Part shown: piece after piece, positions 52,164-64,000 of the stretch
How the letters are laid out: each line of letters starts with the position of its first letter
Numbering within the stretch: the first letter of the stretch is position 1
NCBI GenBank assembly: GCA_030704615.1
Contig: CM060732.1
Location: 10,230,001 to 10,294,000 of the forward strand
Reading direction: 5' to 3'
Source of the DNA: Takakia lepidozioides
Lineage: Eukaryota; Plantae; Bryophyta
Length of the DNA: 64,000 nucleotides
Notes under the pieces: generated by a model
Databases searched by the model: none
Told to the model about the DNA's origin: nothing
What the model saw: only the letters and a program-made list of their open reading frames with translations
Position numbers and translations under genes: made by a program

Positions 52164-53176
52164 ATGTCGATGTTGCTTCAGAAAGTAGAGTTCACAGTCC
52201 GACGGTGCTTGTGAATGCAAATTGTGTGGGAGCGGAGTTTTTGGCGTCCTCACAGAGAATTGCAGGTATCGCTCCGGCTTGCAGATCTCCTAACGCGGGT
52301 TTCCACTTCTGTGAAATGTCTCCCCATGCGAACCAAGCGCATGGTCAAAGAGTGCCCAAATGCGGAGTCCATAATGTCAGCCCTAATCCTAGAATCCAAC
52401 TGTTTTTTCACAAGTGCCCCACCAGTGCATTCGTTGACAGATTGACTGACAGAGCCGCCGTTTGGTTGTCATGTCAGAGAGGCCAGAAGAGATGCCCATT
52501 TCCATTTAATTTTAACGGCACCTGCACCGCTGTACAACTGTACATACTTGACATTCCTCTGGAACATCCCAAAATAAATTGCCCAATAATGAACTTTTTC
52601 AGATGAGAGGTGATTAGACCCAACGATTTTTGGATGGATGAGGATCCAATGATCTCCGCCGATATTTCATAACGATTAGATGGACACGTGTTCGCCATGC
52701 ATGTGGAATGAGTCAGTGGCGCACTGAACGTTGCGAGCGAACATCTTGGCGTTGAAGGCCTTGCGATGAACCTCCCATAGTCCTCTTTTTTCCCTCTTCT
52801 CCTTATTGTCTTTGCAACCCTGGATTCTGCAGAGACGGTGACCCCATTCCGAGGGAGAAGCAAGCGTCGAAGAACACTTTATTTCACATCAAACAAGCAA
52901 AGGGCACGCGCTAAGGAGAGGATGAGGAAGGCGAGACGGGAACTTAGAAACAGGTCTTCAAAGAGCAGGGAGGACAAACGGACGCGGAAACGATGCCGTC
53001 TGCCCTTGTTTCGCACCATCGGGACCTCCTTGGAAGCATGCTACCTCCAGACCAAATGGAAAGATTGAATGCGTCAGGAGCATCATCAAGTGCAAAGAAG
53101 AAACCGGAGGTGGCTATGAACTCTCTTTCTCTCTCTCTGATTCTGTCTGGTTCTTGCTAAGCATTGAGGTCGACAT

Positions 53177-55725
53177 CAACCTTGCGTCAACGCAAGGTTG
53201 AAGTCGACCTCCTAAGTGTATATTGGGCATCAAAACAGTGCAGATGCTGCACTACAATCAAGCTAGACAGACATGGATGCTTGCGACGCATCATCAAGTT
53301 CGAAGAAGAAGAAGAGACAGCAATCTCCTTTTCCTGTAGCTTTTGTGTTTGTTCAACACCGATCCGAGAGCTCGCAATCAACCTTGCGTCAACGCAAGGT
53401 TGATGCCAACCTCCATGGTGTATGTTAGAACTTCTAGTGAAACGAACAGATGCCGCACAGGAATCAACATTGCGTTGACGCAAGGCTGGTTTTGATGATT
53501 TTTTTGTTCAATGGAAGCGTCCGATCTCTCATACCCTGAACTGTAAGGTAGGGAAAGTTGATTAGTTGAAGCTCCCAAAAGAACCCTACGTCAACGCAAA
53601 GCATTTTTTTGCTTCAAAAGTCTTTCCTGTATGCCTTTCAGTCTAAACTACCCCCATCAATCAACCTTGCGTCAAAGCAATGTTGATCCATGGGCTCAAT
53701 CTGTCACTCACAGATAATTCATTCTGTGCAGAGGAAAAGAAAAAGGAAATCCGAGGGGGAAGATTTGGCCGCGTCAGAAGGTGAAGGTGAGGAAGACTCA
53801 TTGGAGGGAAACTATGAAGACAAGGCCGAGGAGATAATTGGTGGGCAAAAAGTGAACTCGTCGAAGGTGATTCTGTCGATGGAGGTTCCCGGCGGAAACC
53901 TGGTCATTCCGCTGTGCAGGATGATCTCCATGCCCGCTGTTCGACCGGCATTGAGGAATGATATAACGAAGTTGAAGAACGACTTTGTTCACGGCTATGT
54001 CAAGGGATCAGCAGTGTTCTACGTATCCACTATGAACACGAAAGGAGAGGAGTGTCTTGTAACAGAGGACATTGAGCAAGGTTGGGATGCATGCTGGCGG
54101 GATGTAAACAGGGAGTTCGAGTTTAAGCTGTCCAAAAAGGCCTCCACAAAAGCATTCATGGGAAAGATGTTTTTTGTTTGGGATGGGAACCACAGACTGC
54201 TTGCCTGGATGGATTACATTTCAAGCTTGCACTTGGACGACATCGAATGGCACTGGATTGAAGGCGAAAGCAGAGTACTATGATTCCCACACAGAAGAGC
54301 AGCGGTCTGCAACTGGGCTTGAGGACATGAATTTCGAATGAAAAATCAATCATGAGTGCATTCGACAAACAGATCCGGATAGCAGACCCAGGTCTTGGCA
54401 CGGAATTTCTGGAGCAGGTGAAAGCACACTATGACAAGTATGGCTCCAAGCCAAAAATGACTCAAGAGAAACTACATCGCCTTTCCATTTCAATGGTGGA
54501 CAATGCAACCAAAATCAGGTGGTTGGAGATATGGAATTCGGATCCTCTTGTGAGAGACACGAACATGTTCCCAACTCCAGAGAGGGACCCGAAGACACAA
54601 GCAATAAGAGTTGTTAGCGACCACACATTCGACCAGTGGCTACACAAAGCCACATTCTGGAGCCAGGTAAGGTTTGAACCAAACCATTTTCAGACATTTG
54701 TGTTGCTCCGTAACCTCTCCCAAATTCTTACGAGCTTTCTTGTTGCAGTTAGAAAAACGTGCAGTGGCTGCACTTGCTGAGTCGATGGCAGACTACAAAA
54801 TCCAGATGGCTTGCCCCCGGATCACACTGAGGCCTATATCAGGAGATGGAAGCTCGCTGTCTGGAACAACTGCTTCTTCAGGGAGTTTGAGAAAGAGAAA
54901 GGAATCTCCAGGTCTTATGAATTCAAAAACCAGTACAACAGCGAGCAAGCAATGAAGCAAGTGTTGTACAGGTGTGACCTCCTTGAATCAAAATTGGTGC
55001 TTGAAGGGCATGTTTCTGCAATCTTGTGTCGTTCTTTCCCATAAAGAATTGCGAATTTGCAGTGCTTTGCGAGATCTCTGAGGGCTCTGCATGTGCAGTC
55101 GAGCAACATTGCGTTAACGCAAGGTTGTTTCCCATTGTCCTGGTTTCCTTACCTATACCTGGGTATCCCATAATGCCGTTTTTCTGAATGTGAAAGGGGA
55201 TAAACTGACAGGAAAATCAGCCTTGCGTCAACGCAAGGTTGATGAAGTGGCAGGCTATGTAGCTTTTCCTGTGGTTTTGGGCTGTTCAAATCCAGTTCCA
55301 ATGCTGCCAAGATGAACATAAGACTGTTTGGAGTCGGTTTGAAATGCTATTTACAACTTTCACTGTACCAACAAACAGACTTGCGTTGACGCAAGGTTGT
55401 TTGGCGGTATGGATTGCTGGAAATTTCCCGCAGCCATCCCCCGATTTCAATACAATTGTAGGAAACTTATGATTATCAGATACATTGACATGTGTTTCAA
55501 CAGAGGATTTCAACATTGCGCCAACGCAATGTTGAATATCCGCACCAGTACATAGTCAGATGGTAGTTTTCAGGCATGTTTTTCCATTTCCTCTCTGAAT
55601 GAAAACAACCTTGCGTTGAAGCAATGTTGAATTGCGCTTCTCAGTCGTTGTCTCTATCAATACAACATTATCATTTGGTGTTCCCCATTTCTGCTCGAAT
55701 GAACATTGCGTCAACGCAAGGTTGA
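53177..55725. repeat. ~10 dispersed palindromes AACCTTGCGT-YR-ACGCAAGGTT upstream of and in an intron of the B ParB-MTase gene
   Basis: Copies near 53178, 53380, 53466, 53663, 55105, 55220, 55378, 55512, 55607, 55701. Confidence 0.92.
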
Positions 55726-57773
55726 TTCGGGATTTCAAAAGTAGAATTCTCAGTGTTGCCTTCCTGCATTTCAATATCTTTTTCCGGATGTGTGTTCTTT
55801 TCGTTTTCTGATCGAATGACTGTCTGGGTTTTTTGTGTGTGATTCAGGTATATGTATCATATCCTCATACCGGGAAAGTACCTTAGCGATGACCCAGACT
55901 TCATCTATTCATGGGCTGACCCCTCCAATGACAAGACAATGTACACGGCTGGTATTGCCAAAGACTGGAGCAGGGCGCACTTCCGAGACTGTGGGTGGTA
56001 CCTCGACCTGCCAAAACAGGACACTCCATTCGATGAAGTTGTTTTGAGAAACCTGAACGACAATGCCGCAGCGATTGCCCCATTGGCTGACAAAGACATC
56101 CAGGACAGAATCATTTCGGCTCTGGCTGCAAAAGAGCCCGAGAAAACTGCTACTCCAAAACGAAAGGGGAAGATTGTCGGGGATCGAAGGGGAAGGGAAA
56201 AGTGCAGCTCCGCAAGGACAGGGACCGTCAGAGGTTCCTGAAAGACAGCCTTCTCCCAAGGAGGGATAGGAGAACATCAAAGTCGAGGGAGCAAGTTTTC
56301 GAGGCGAGAGAACATCCCTCCAGGTTTTGGGCCAGTTCAATCGTAAGGTGCTGAATGAAAGTTTTCTTGCAATGATGGAGTCCAGGAAGTCCACATTCAA
56401 GGGGTGCCCTCGAAATCATGGGACATGCTTGTTTCGTTCCTCACTCAGGTGAACACTTATGTCTAAACTGTTGTATGAATAATTGTGTTTTGGCAGCTTG
56501 TTGTGGCTTGTCCAGGGGATTGATCTCCTGTTAGATTTGGATTGGGCTTCTTACACTGTCTCATGTTTTTGGCTGTAGGTCACAAAAAGTCCGGAATGGG
56601 TGAATGGAGTTCAGCAGGCATACGCGACTGACCTTGTGGTGCTGGACATTCCTGACGGTTTTCCTGTCCCTGATGTGTTTCCTTCCAATTCGACCCCGAC
56701 TTGGAACAAATCGATTCTCGTTACTGGCAGTGGGCTTTCTCGTTCAGCAACAAGTTCCTTTCGGACTCGGGGGCTCTTCTTCTCATGCAGTCAAAGGACA
56801 TGTCGGCTCGAAGAACTCTTTTCAGCTACATGAAAGCTTCCGGGTTTCGTGTCATCAAAACTTGGACATGCATCAATACTCTGCCTCTTACGAAGGGCGA
56901 GTTCCCAGGGCAGAAAGTGAGTTGGTCCTTTCAATTGATGTTTCGTGGTTTTTGGTAAATCAAAATGGTGGGTTATGTCTTTTGTCTCATTCTCTCTTCG
57001 TGATTATTGACAGACACGGGTGTTCGAAGCTTTGTGCCTGGTGAGGCGGAAGGACACTCTTCCTGCTGGTGTTGCTGAGTTTTAGTTGAGGGACCTTGCA
57101 GCTCACATTGACCCCACCTGCGAGCCTGTGGAGGATGATGTTATCTTCAATTACGTCGACTCGGGTTGGACTATGAAAAGGTCGATTGGTGTCCCTTGGA
57201 GAGGTGCACGGGAGAAATCTCAGCTTTCATGCAGACTTTGGTGGAGACATGCAGCCATCATGGTGGACGAGTGGTTGACTTGTCTATGGGCACAGGTGGG
57301 GCCCTTCACATTGTGTTTGACATATGGGCAGTGACCTTAGGGAAACCCTGTTTTTATTTCTCGTTCTTCTTGGATTTGCAGGAGCATGTTTTCATGCTTG
57401 CAAGAGCGCCGGAAGGCACTTCTTCGGCATGGAAGCTGATACGGAGCTCTCTCTCAAGCAAGCTTCGTCAGCTTGAGTCGGGCACTACTTCTGCCCCATC
57501 CACAGAGGGACTTCTGGAGGAGCCCGAAGCCTGACGAGGATCTGGACGTGGACTCCAATTTTGAGTGTGAGTAAGTTCTTGTGTAGTCGTGCAAAATATG
57601 TTGCATTTCCTTGTGTCGTTCCCATTCGAGAAATAGTGGCTTTCGTTGTCTATATCTGGATGTTAACATCTACCACCATTCCTCTTCTTGCTTTGCAGAG
57701 TTCAGCACCAGTCATCGAATCAGCAGACACCTTTTGGTTTCCAAGGATACTACATGTCCCCGAGCCCCCCTAG
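53731..57773 (+). pseudogene. element B multi-exon ParB/Srx-like + beta-class amino-MTase-like gene (5' end uncertain, apparent deletion near 54260, frameshifts)
   Basis: IPLCRMISMPAVR..FFVWDGNHRLLAW; IADPGLGTEF; WSRAHFRDCGWYLDL; TDLVVLDIPDG; FLSDSGALLL; EKS..FMQTLVETCS..GRVVDLSMGT|GACFHACKSAGRHFFGMEAD. Collinear with the A gene. Confidence 0.8.
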
Positions 57774-58516
57774 ATCCAACCGCTTGCCGGTTTTACGCGG
57801 AAGCTTGCGCACGGGTGTTATCCGAACAAACACTGTATTCGCATCTCCATGAAGGTCGTGGAAAAAAAAACGTCATGGATGTGCTGCTGTATTCATAGAT
57901 GATATTGCTGTAAACTCTGGAAGTGGTTCCTCTAAAACCTCCAATATTTCTTTAGGTTCAAGTACCGGCTCAATAAATTGTGTTTTGGTTTTGCTTCCAT
58001 CTCCAAACTGTTTTTCAAGTTTTTTGCGCGTTCCCGTAAGTACAGTTAGGGATTGCCTAGGATAGGTCTTCGGATTGCGGAATTGAAAAATGTTTGTGTG
58101 TTGGAATGAATGTACTGCTTTGCCCAAAAAAAATGTTTGCTTTTAATATTCAGTTCTCTAGTGGACGATCTCCTCATTCCAAAGTCATGACCTCAATCAT
58201 AATTCATCCGCAAACCTGCCATTGTTCTCGGCCACAAAGAATATTCATGTGGGGGCCATGAAGAGGGATAAAAAATTAGGACATAGGCGACAGCTATCCG
58301 CGGTAATAGGGGGGGGTAAGCACGGAATTAGGGCCTGAACACGTGGATGCTTGCTGACGTGGCGTGAGCCTAGCCAGGCTCACGCGCAAGCATTCCCCCA
58401 ACCCCTAGGGTGAAAGGATTCAGGGGCACACCTTCCTACTCACTTTTGTTTGGTTTAGCGCTGTTTCTCAGGCGAGGGCAAGAAATAGTCATGCACTTGC
58501 AATGCCCAACGCAAAC

Positions 58517-59585
58517 CAACGACGCAATGGCGTGAGCGTTGCGCGTGAGCGCGCGAGCATACGCTCACGCAGGAGTGGCGTGGCGTGAGCGTACGCTCAC
58601 GCCAGCTGACGTGGCGTGAGCGCCATGTCAGCATGCTGATGTGGCGGTAAATGATGACGTGACACTGTCCGTCATCTGCCACGTCAGCATTAACATGCGC
58701 CGCCTATAACCGAGGATGGTCCTATGACCGTGGAATTAATGCAGGGAATCTTGCCTAAATAGAATCAAGACGAGCATTGAGGCCTACAATTGTAGCATCC
58801 AACATTGTACAATTACAAATGCTTGTTTCACTTTTACAATGAGAGTTAGGATCATCTTCAAAAGATGATTGTAGTGCATAGCGACAGCAAGACATGTAGA
58901 CTTCGAACGGTGCAATGACAAATGTGCACTACCTAAAAGTTGTCACTCAGAGCTCACTCCGTATAGTTGGAGGCCATATCATTGCATCGCTGAAGAATTG
59001 ATGTGAATTACACATTTCAAAATCATGGTCGTCCACATACCACATTGCATAGTTGATGCTACCCATGTGTTGTATCCCGCTGCAATAGAGTATCGACCTC
59101 GTTGAAACTCATAGTGGCTTGGTGAATGAAGTTGTCACGTTTGGGATCGCAAACCATCCTCTTCAAAAATATGAAATACAAATGTTTGCAGGGTATGAAT
59201 TTACCTCTCTTGCCCAAACTGGTTGATAGCATATTCACAAAATCAGGACATGTGCAATTGGGGAAATTGGAAACCGTGATGTCGTAGGTCCTGTCATGAA
59301 CAGCAGATGTGGAAGTGATGATTGTGAATACCCGACCATATCCTGGATCGGGTACTTCCGTGGTGCTTCCAACACGAGCTTGGAGCATTCTTGTGGACTC
59401 CACTTTGCCAAAGTGTTCAGCGGTTGGAGGGAAACCGAACGAGCTTTCCATCTCGTTTGGTTGGCCACAAGTCAGGATTTGCCGGGGGGACCCGGGAGGA
59501 TGCAGAAGTAGTAGCACATGCATGGAGTTGGGGTTGTCTCGCAAGGGAAAAACCTGCCTCCTCCAGCATTTCAATCTCCTGAAAG
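58517..59585 (-). mobile_element. element D: terminus and transposase 3' end (SWIM, 59059-59585) of a further B/C-like element
   Basis: Terminus CAACGACGCAATGGCGTGAGC with GCGTGAGC at the same offset as in B and C; ITVSNFPNCTCPDF..IPCKHLYF. Confidence 0.85.
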
Positions 59586-62500
59586 GAGGTTTACTATTTC
59601 ATGAGCAGAAACCATGAGCCATGAGCCATGAGCCGCATGAGCCGCATGAGCGGTGAGCCGAAGTCTAAGATACGCGGATTTCATGAGCGGACTCCTCCAA
59701 ATTTGGAAATGCGGCAGATTAAACAAGTATTAAAATAATAGTTTTTTTATTTGACCTTGCCGTTTTTGGACGTTCCAGATCATGTAATGCGGCGAAGATA
59801 TGTCGTCAGTAACAAGTCCGCTCATGGTTTTTTACATCCGCTCATGGAAATAAGTGACCGTGCAACGGGAAATCCAGTATACCACTGCAAAAGGACGTCG
59901 CATACTGGCCTGTATAGAGTATTCCGCGGTTTTACATGCCTTAACATTGGAATGAAGCTGACCCTTTTGCCGCGATTGAACCAATGGAGTCTGCTACAAT
60001 ACAGTCTGCAGTACTTCACAATTATGTCTTCTTCGGGTATTCGGCGGGAAAGGTTTGCAACTGAACTGGGAAATAGGGTGCCGCATTAGGGTTCGCACGT
60101 GCGAAATTTCGGAGCGGTTTGGTGTTGGCGAAGGCCGCCTCTGGGGGTACCTACGACGATACTTGGAAATTCGGCGCCGCATTTCCTTGTCGGAGGTCGA
60201 ATGAGGAAAGCAAGTTTTCGGAAAGCAGAAAAACATGAACCCTCCAACATACAAAAATACATGCACGTGGAAACAAGTGAACGATATAGTAATATCTTAG
60301 TTCGAGCAAACAGGTTATGGTAGGCAAGACATATGTCGGACCTTTCTGTGGCCAGAGTCTGAGGTACTGGCAGCAGTACAGTTCTACTATCCGAAAAGGA
60401 TGGGCGTACCATTGTATGTGGACCGTAAGCCAAGCTCACTGGTCCCCTGGATCCATATTCAGAAGAGTGTGAACCTCATGGGGGCTCAACCCTGGTGCAT
60501 GTATGAAGTGATGAGTTGTGGAATTACAACGGAGTCTCTTTAGGTACACGTAGTACAAATGCTTGCAAGGGCAGTATGATGCCCCCTTGTTCGCCATGAT
60601 CTGGAAGTCGGTGCAATTGCAGGTGGGTAATTCTGAAATGGTGATGGTGTACACCTCATTGCGAACAGCTGAGCCCGCCGTGGCCATTTGATACACACGC
60701 CGAATCCTGGTGGGGGCACTTCTGTCGAGCTCTGGATTGTACAGTTCATCCGAAGTGCATTCCCCATCCTTGTCTCGTTCACTTTTGAGGGAGGTCGCCG
60801 CCTCTTCGGTTTCCCCAACGGTGTGTAGGATGCTTAGAGCTGTCGTGTCCCATTGTTCTTGCTCTCACAGGGGTCGGTGGTGGAGGCTGTGGAAGCGGAA
60901 ATGGTTGTCTGGGGACGTCAGTGCGCTGCACCATCCGAAATCCTGCGGCGGTAAGGGCGTCGGCCTCAACCTGACTCAGATCGCAGCCTGGTTCCACCGG
61001 CCACACCGGGGGAGCCTCTGGCATTGTTTGTATGCCGTACTTGGGCTTTCCATACACGCAAGTCATAATGTCGTGCCTGCAGAACCAGAACTGGTGGTTG
61101 TCGCCTCCGCAAACTTTGCATGGACAAATCTTCCTGTAAAAGTAGGAGCAGGGACAGCCCCATCTGGATTCCTCCTTATCATCTCTAAACAACGTTGCCG
61201 TGTATCCACACGAATTGCGGAACACCTTCCTCGAAAACGGCTTTGTGCGAGCAATTCTCCACTGTGAGCAGACACAGTCGTCTCCACAATGGCTTGGCCA
61301 TACTGCATAACAGCGGGCGGAATGTGGGGCAAGGGAGCGGTGGGAATTTGTTGCACGAAATCCCCGGTTGAAGGCGACGGCGATCTGGAATTTCTTGGGC
61401 TTCCACTGCTGGAAGACACATTGTGCGGCAACATGACGGGACCTCGAGGTGCTGTCCGAATGTTCCTGTCGGATCTCCAGGAATCCTCTTCGCACCCGGG
61501 TTCCTCTTCAATCCTCCGCCTGACAGGGCGAGTCCGGACGTCCCCCTCTAGGTGTTCACCTCTGCGGTGCAGAGGCGTCCCTTTGATCTTCTCTCGCAAT
61601 GCTGTCGCCCATTTCAGTGGATTCTTGGACCTCGAAGCTGTTCGTACCAACAATTCCTCCCTGTCCGGCCCAAAGCCCCATTGTTTGCCGCTCAGGAACT
61701 TGTAGTACGTGGCTTGCTGCATGATTGCTCTGTCGATGTCTCCGTTGTGGCCGTCACTACGTCCACCAGATGTGTGGCAGAAGACGCTCGCCAGGAGGAG
61801 TGGACCGATTCTGCCATATTCGTGTTCGGCATGTCCGTGTCGGAATCCAAGCACCGCTCCTAGAAGGACACAAACAATGGTGAGGGACCAATCGAAATGT
61901 CCGTAACAGAAAGACAAATGAACGAAATTGACAGCAGCCTACCTCCCGCATGTACTGTCCGAACTGTCGATACCGAAAATGCCACCACCCCAACCAGCTG
62001 TGCAATGCTCCCAGATTGGTTGTCTCCACTGCACCTGACGTGTTCCACCAAGCCTCGATGATAGCAAACTTAACCTCCGCGTCATCAAATGTGGGTGCAT
62101 CCTTCCACGCCGTACAAAGGACACGGTGTTCAGCCTGGAATGAGCTAGCAACAAATTTGGTAGTGTAGTGGGATAGACTCTGCATCCAATGGAATCCACA
62201 GGATCTCTCTTTCCCCTCCATTGGAACATTGGGGTCCTCACCGTACACACGCCGCACCGCTGCCCAGTTGGCCTGAGCGTTGTCTGCCATGAATCCCCTG
62301 AAATTGGGCTCTGGCAATCCCGCCCTTGCCATCTGCTCGTTTATGCCCTCCCACAGATGCATCTCGGACTGTGTGTCCTCCCCTTTCATCTCGCAGATTG
62401 CAATCGTCATGAGCCTCTTGGAGTGATAGTCATAAACATGCGCACCCATAGTCACCCACTGATGGTTTGTAATTCGCTTGATGTGATCAAACATCACCCA

Positions 62501-63877
62501 AGCATTCGACAAGTTTCCAGTTGTCATGCGAGTGACCAAGTCGACTCCACTCCCAGGCCCACACGTCGACATTTTGAAAATGTAACAACGATCGGATTCG
62601 CTGCTTTGCCCTGGAAACCTGCTACCTTGGATGTAGTCATATCCAGTCATTCGTTTCACCTCCAGGATTGAGTACATGTCCGACCCCCTGCCGAACTCCT
62701 GCTTGCAAGATACGATGTGATTCCGCACATTCGGACTACAAACGTGCGAGACGGACTCCAAGAGGTCACGCATCTCGTCTTCGGTCAAGGGCTCTTTGTC
62801 GGAACCATCTTCAGACATGATTTTGCCAAGAGCAATCTTGTGGGCTGCCTTCAGCTGAATCTGCTTTGGTCTGGCTCCGGGGCTCAATTTCACCCTCCTT
62901 TTTTATGATGTCGTGTGCTTCCTGCACAGCCTCACGCATGTTGCCTCTCGCCAAGGGGTGGCAGTGGACCCTAACGTGTATGCAAGCTCTAGTCAAGTCC
63001 GGGAGCAAATGGATTACGTAATATTGCTTGGCTCTGCACATGGACATGCACGTCGGTGTTCTTTGCAATGTGCACACTTGAAAGAACCCGCAGGAGCTTG
63101 GCTGAGACAATGAATGGATGATGCGTTGTGCCAGTCCAATCCGTCTCGTTTCTCCGCCCCTCCTTTGGAGAGAAAGTGGAAGCAGGTGGGATTGAGGCAC
63201 CTCAGCTTCCCCGCACAGAGGACATATCGTACACGAACACCATCAGCAATTTTCGTGCTACTGGTCTTCGTCACACACCAGGGGTGTCCGTCATGCTTTC
63301 GATCCATGTCTGTTAACATCCCGGAGGATTTCTTTGACGAAGAAACAGGTGGAAACTCGAAGATGACATTGCCATCGACTTCGGGAGGCAGAAACGTTAC
63401 CTTTCTGACTGGGAATTTGGCATAGTCGAGAGCAGCCAGCTCGGAGCGAGAACCATCGAGGTGATGTTGTCGTAGGAGCTGCACAATGGACCGGGTTGGA
63501 GTTATGCTCGAGGGCACATGCGTAGCACCTACAGAGACGTCCATGCCGGATTTGAACGACCGTGTGGAGGACATGGGTACCTCAATGCAATCATCTTCCT
63601 CGTCGGAAATGTCGAATACGTCCACACGAGAAGCTATGGAGGGTCTTGACGGTCCAGGTCGGGAATGATTATCGTTGCATACCTCTCTGTTGGCAGTGGC
63701 CGCCTCTCGGTTTCCAGACTCCTTTGTGGATGGTGTGGGCAGCGACTGATTCGGAAAGGGAATGGCCCACAGCTGGTACAGGATGGTGTCTGACGGGGGA
63801 ACGTGCCATTCGATTCCGCAACCTCCGTCGTTACCTAGCACGACAATGGTCTCGTCAACCTGTCCAGGAACATCCTT
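59586..63877 (-). mobile_element. element A2: second, inverted, near-identical copy of A (right TIR and transposase 60436-63877)
   Basis: Reverse complement of ~41691-45967, beginning exactly at the TIR GAGGTTTACTATTTCATGAGC, with a different flank from A1. Confidence 0.95.
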
Positions 63878-64000
63878 TGCACCAGGGGGTCGGGACACAT
63901 GAGGGGCTGCCCCTGTGGTGGGGGCAGCAGCGATAGGTATGGGGGCTGAAGCACCCTTGTGCCCAAGGCACTCAAGGAGGCGGAGGCGCTCACTAGGTGG
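63878..64000. mobile_element. start of an unrelated insertion in A2, possibly an LTR
   Basis: Identity to A1 stops abruptly after CATCCTT; the new sequence begins TG. Confidence 0.45.

Larger units (their letters stand above)
48402..58398 (-). mobile_element. element B: ~10-kb Mutator-like transposon, diverged relative of A
   Basis: 9-bp TSD CAACCCCTA (48393-48401 and 58399-58407). Both termini carry CGCGTGAGCCTGGC 12 bp from the end in inverted orientation. Removing B restores the transposase of C. Confidence 0.92.
30055..58516 (-). mobile_element. element C: degenerate Mutator-like (DDE+SWIM) host transposon, in pieces 30055-30622, 45968-48401 and 58399-58516; presumably continues past the D insertion
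   Basis: Terminus CAGCGTAGCTACGGCGTGAGC. Transposase peptides join across the inserts: VCVGHCKC..NKSE*EGVPLNPFTLG|VAPPKTNTFVC, LMFDHCKRVKGW, FMGDSAHANF, PSCNLAETVH, CTCPDFVTMRGS|LGMRGKWVPCKH. Confidence 0.85.

Noticed and set aside
59586-63877. Assembly fold-back artefact
   Set aside because: Identity begins exactly at the TIR with a different flank, and the copies differ by substitutions as well as indels

Overview
Eukaryotic land-plant genomic DNA with spliceosomal introns. The lineage cannot be fixed from the sequence; a non-seed plant is a guess. The left 30 kb is ordinary gene space: an intact 4-exon NDB1-type external NAD(P)H dehydrogenase, a 7-exon GlcNAc kinase (two apparent frameshifts), the 3' half of a UPF1-like SF1 helicase, gene fragments (AAE3, S-domain RLK, SF3B2, RBM39) and small TEs (LTR gag remnants, tRNA-SINEs, LINE 3' ends, a pogo derivative, a Tourist MITE). 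The right 34 kb is a nest of five related Mutator-like (DDE + SWIM) DNA transposons. Element C (from ~30055) carries A1 (30623-45967), B (48402-58398, 9-bp TSD) and D (from ~58517). D carries an inverted copy A2 (from 59586). Every insertion lies in a relative's transposase gene. The two full-length, diverged families (A and B) each carry a second, spliced gene, divergent from the transposase, that fuses a ParB/Sulfiredoxin-like domain (DGNHR) to a beta-class amino (N6A/N4C) DNA-methyltransferase-like domain with an unusual DIPD motif IV. Each family also carries its own palindromic site in helically phased arrays (53, ~32 and 42 bp periods). This transposase + ParB-MTase + cognate palindrome-array module is the main candidate for an undescribed system. 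All domain calls come from motif recognition by eye, not database searches.
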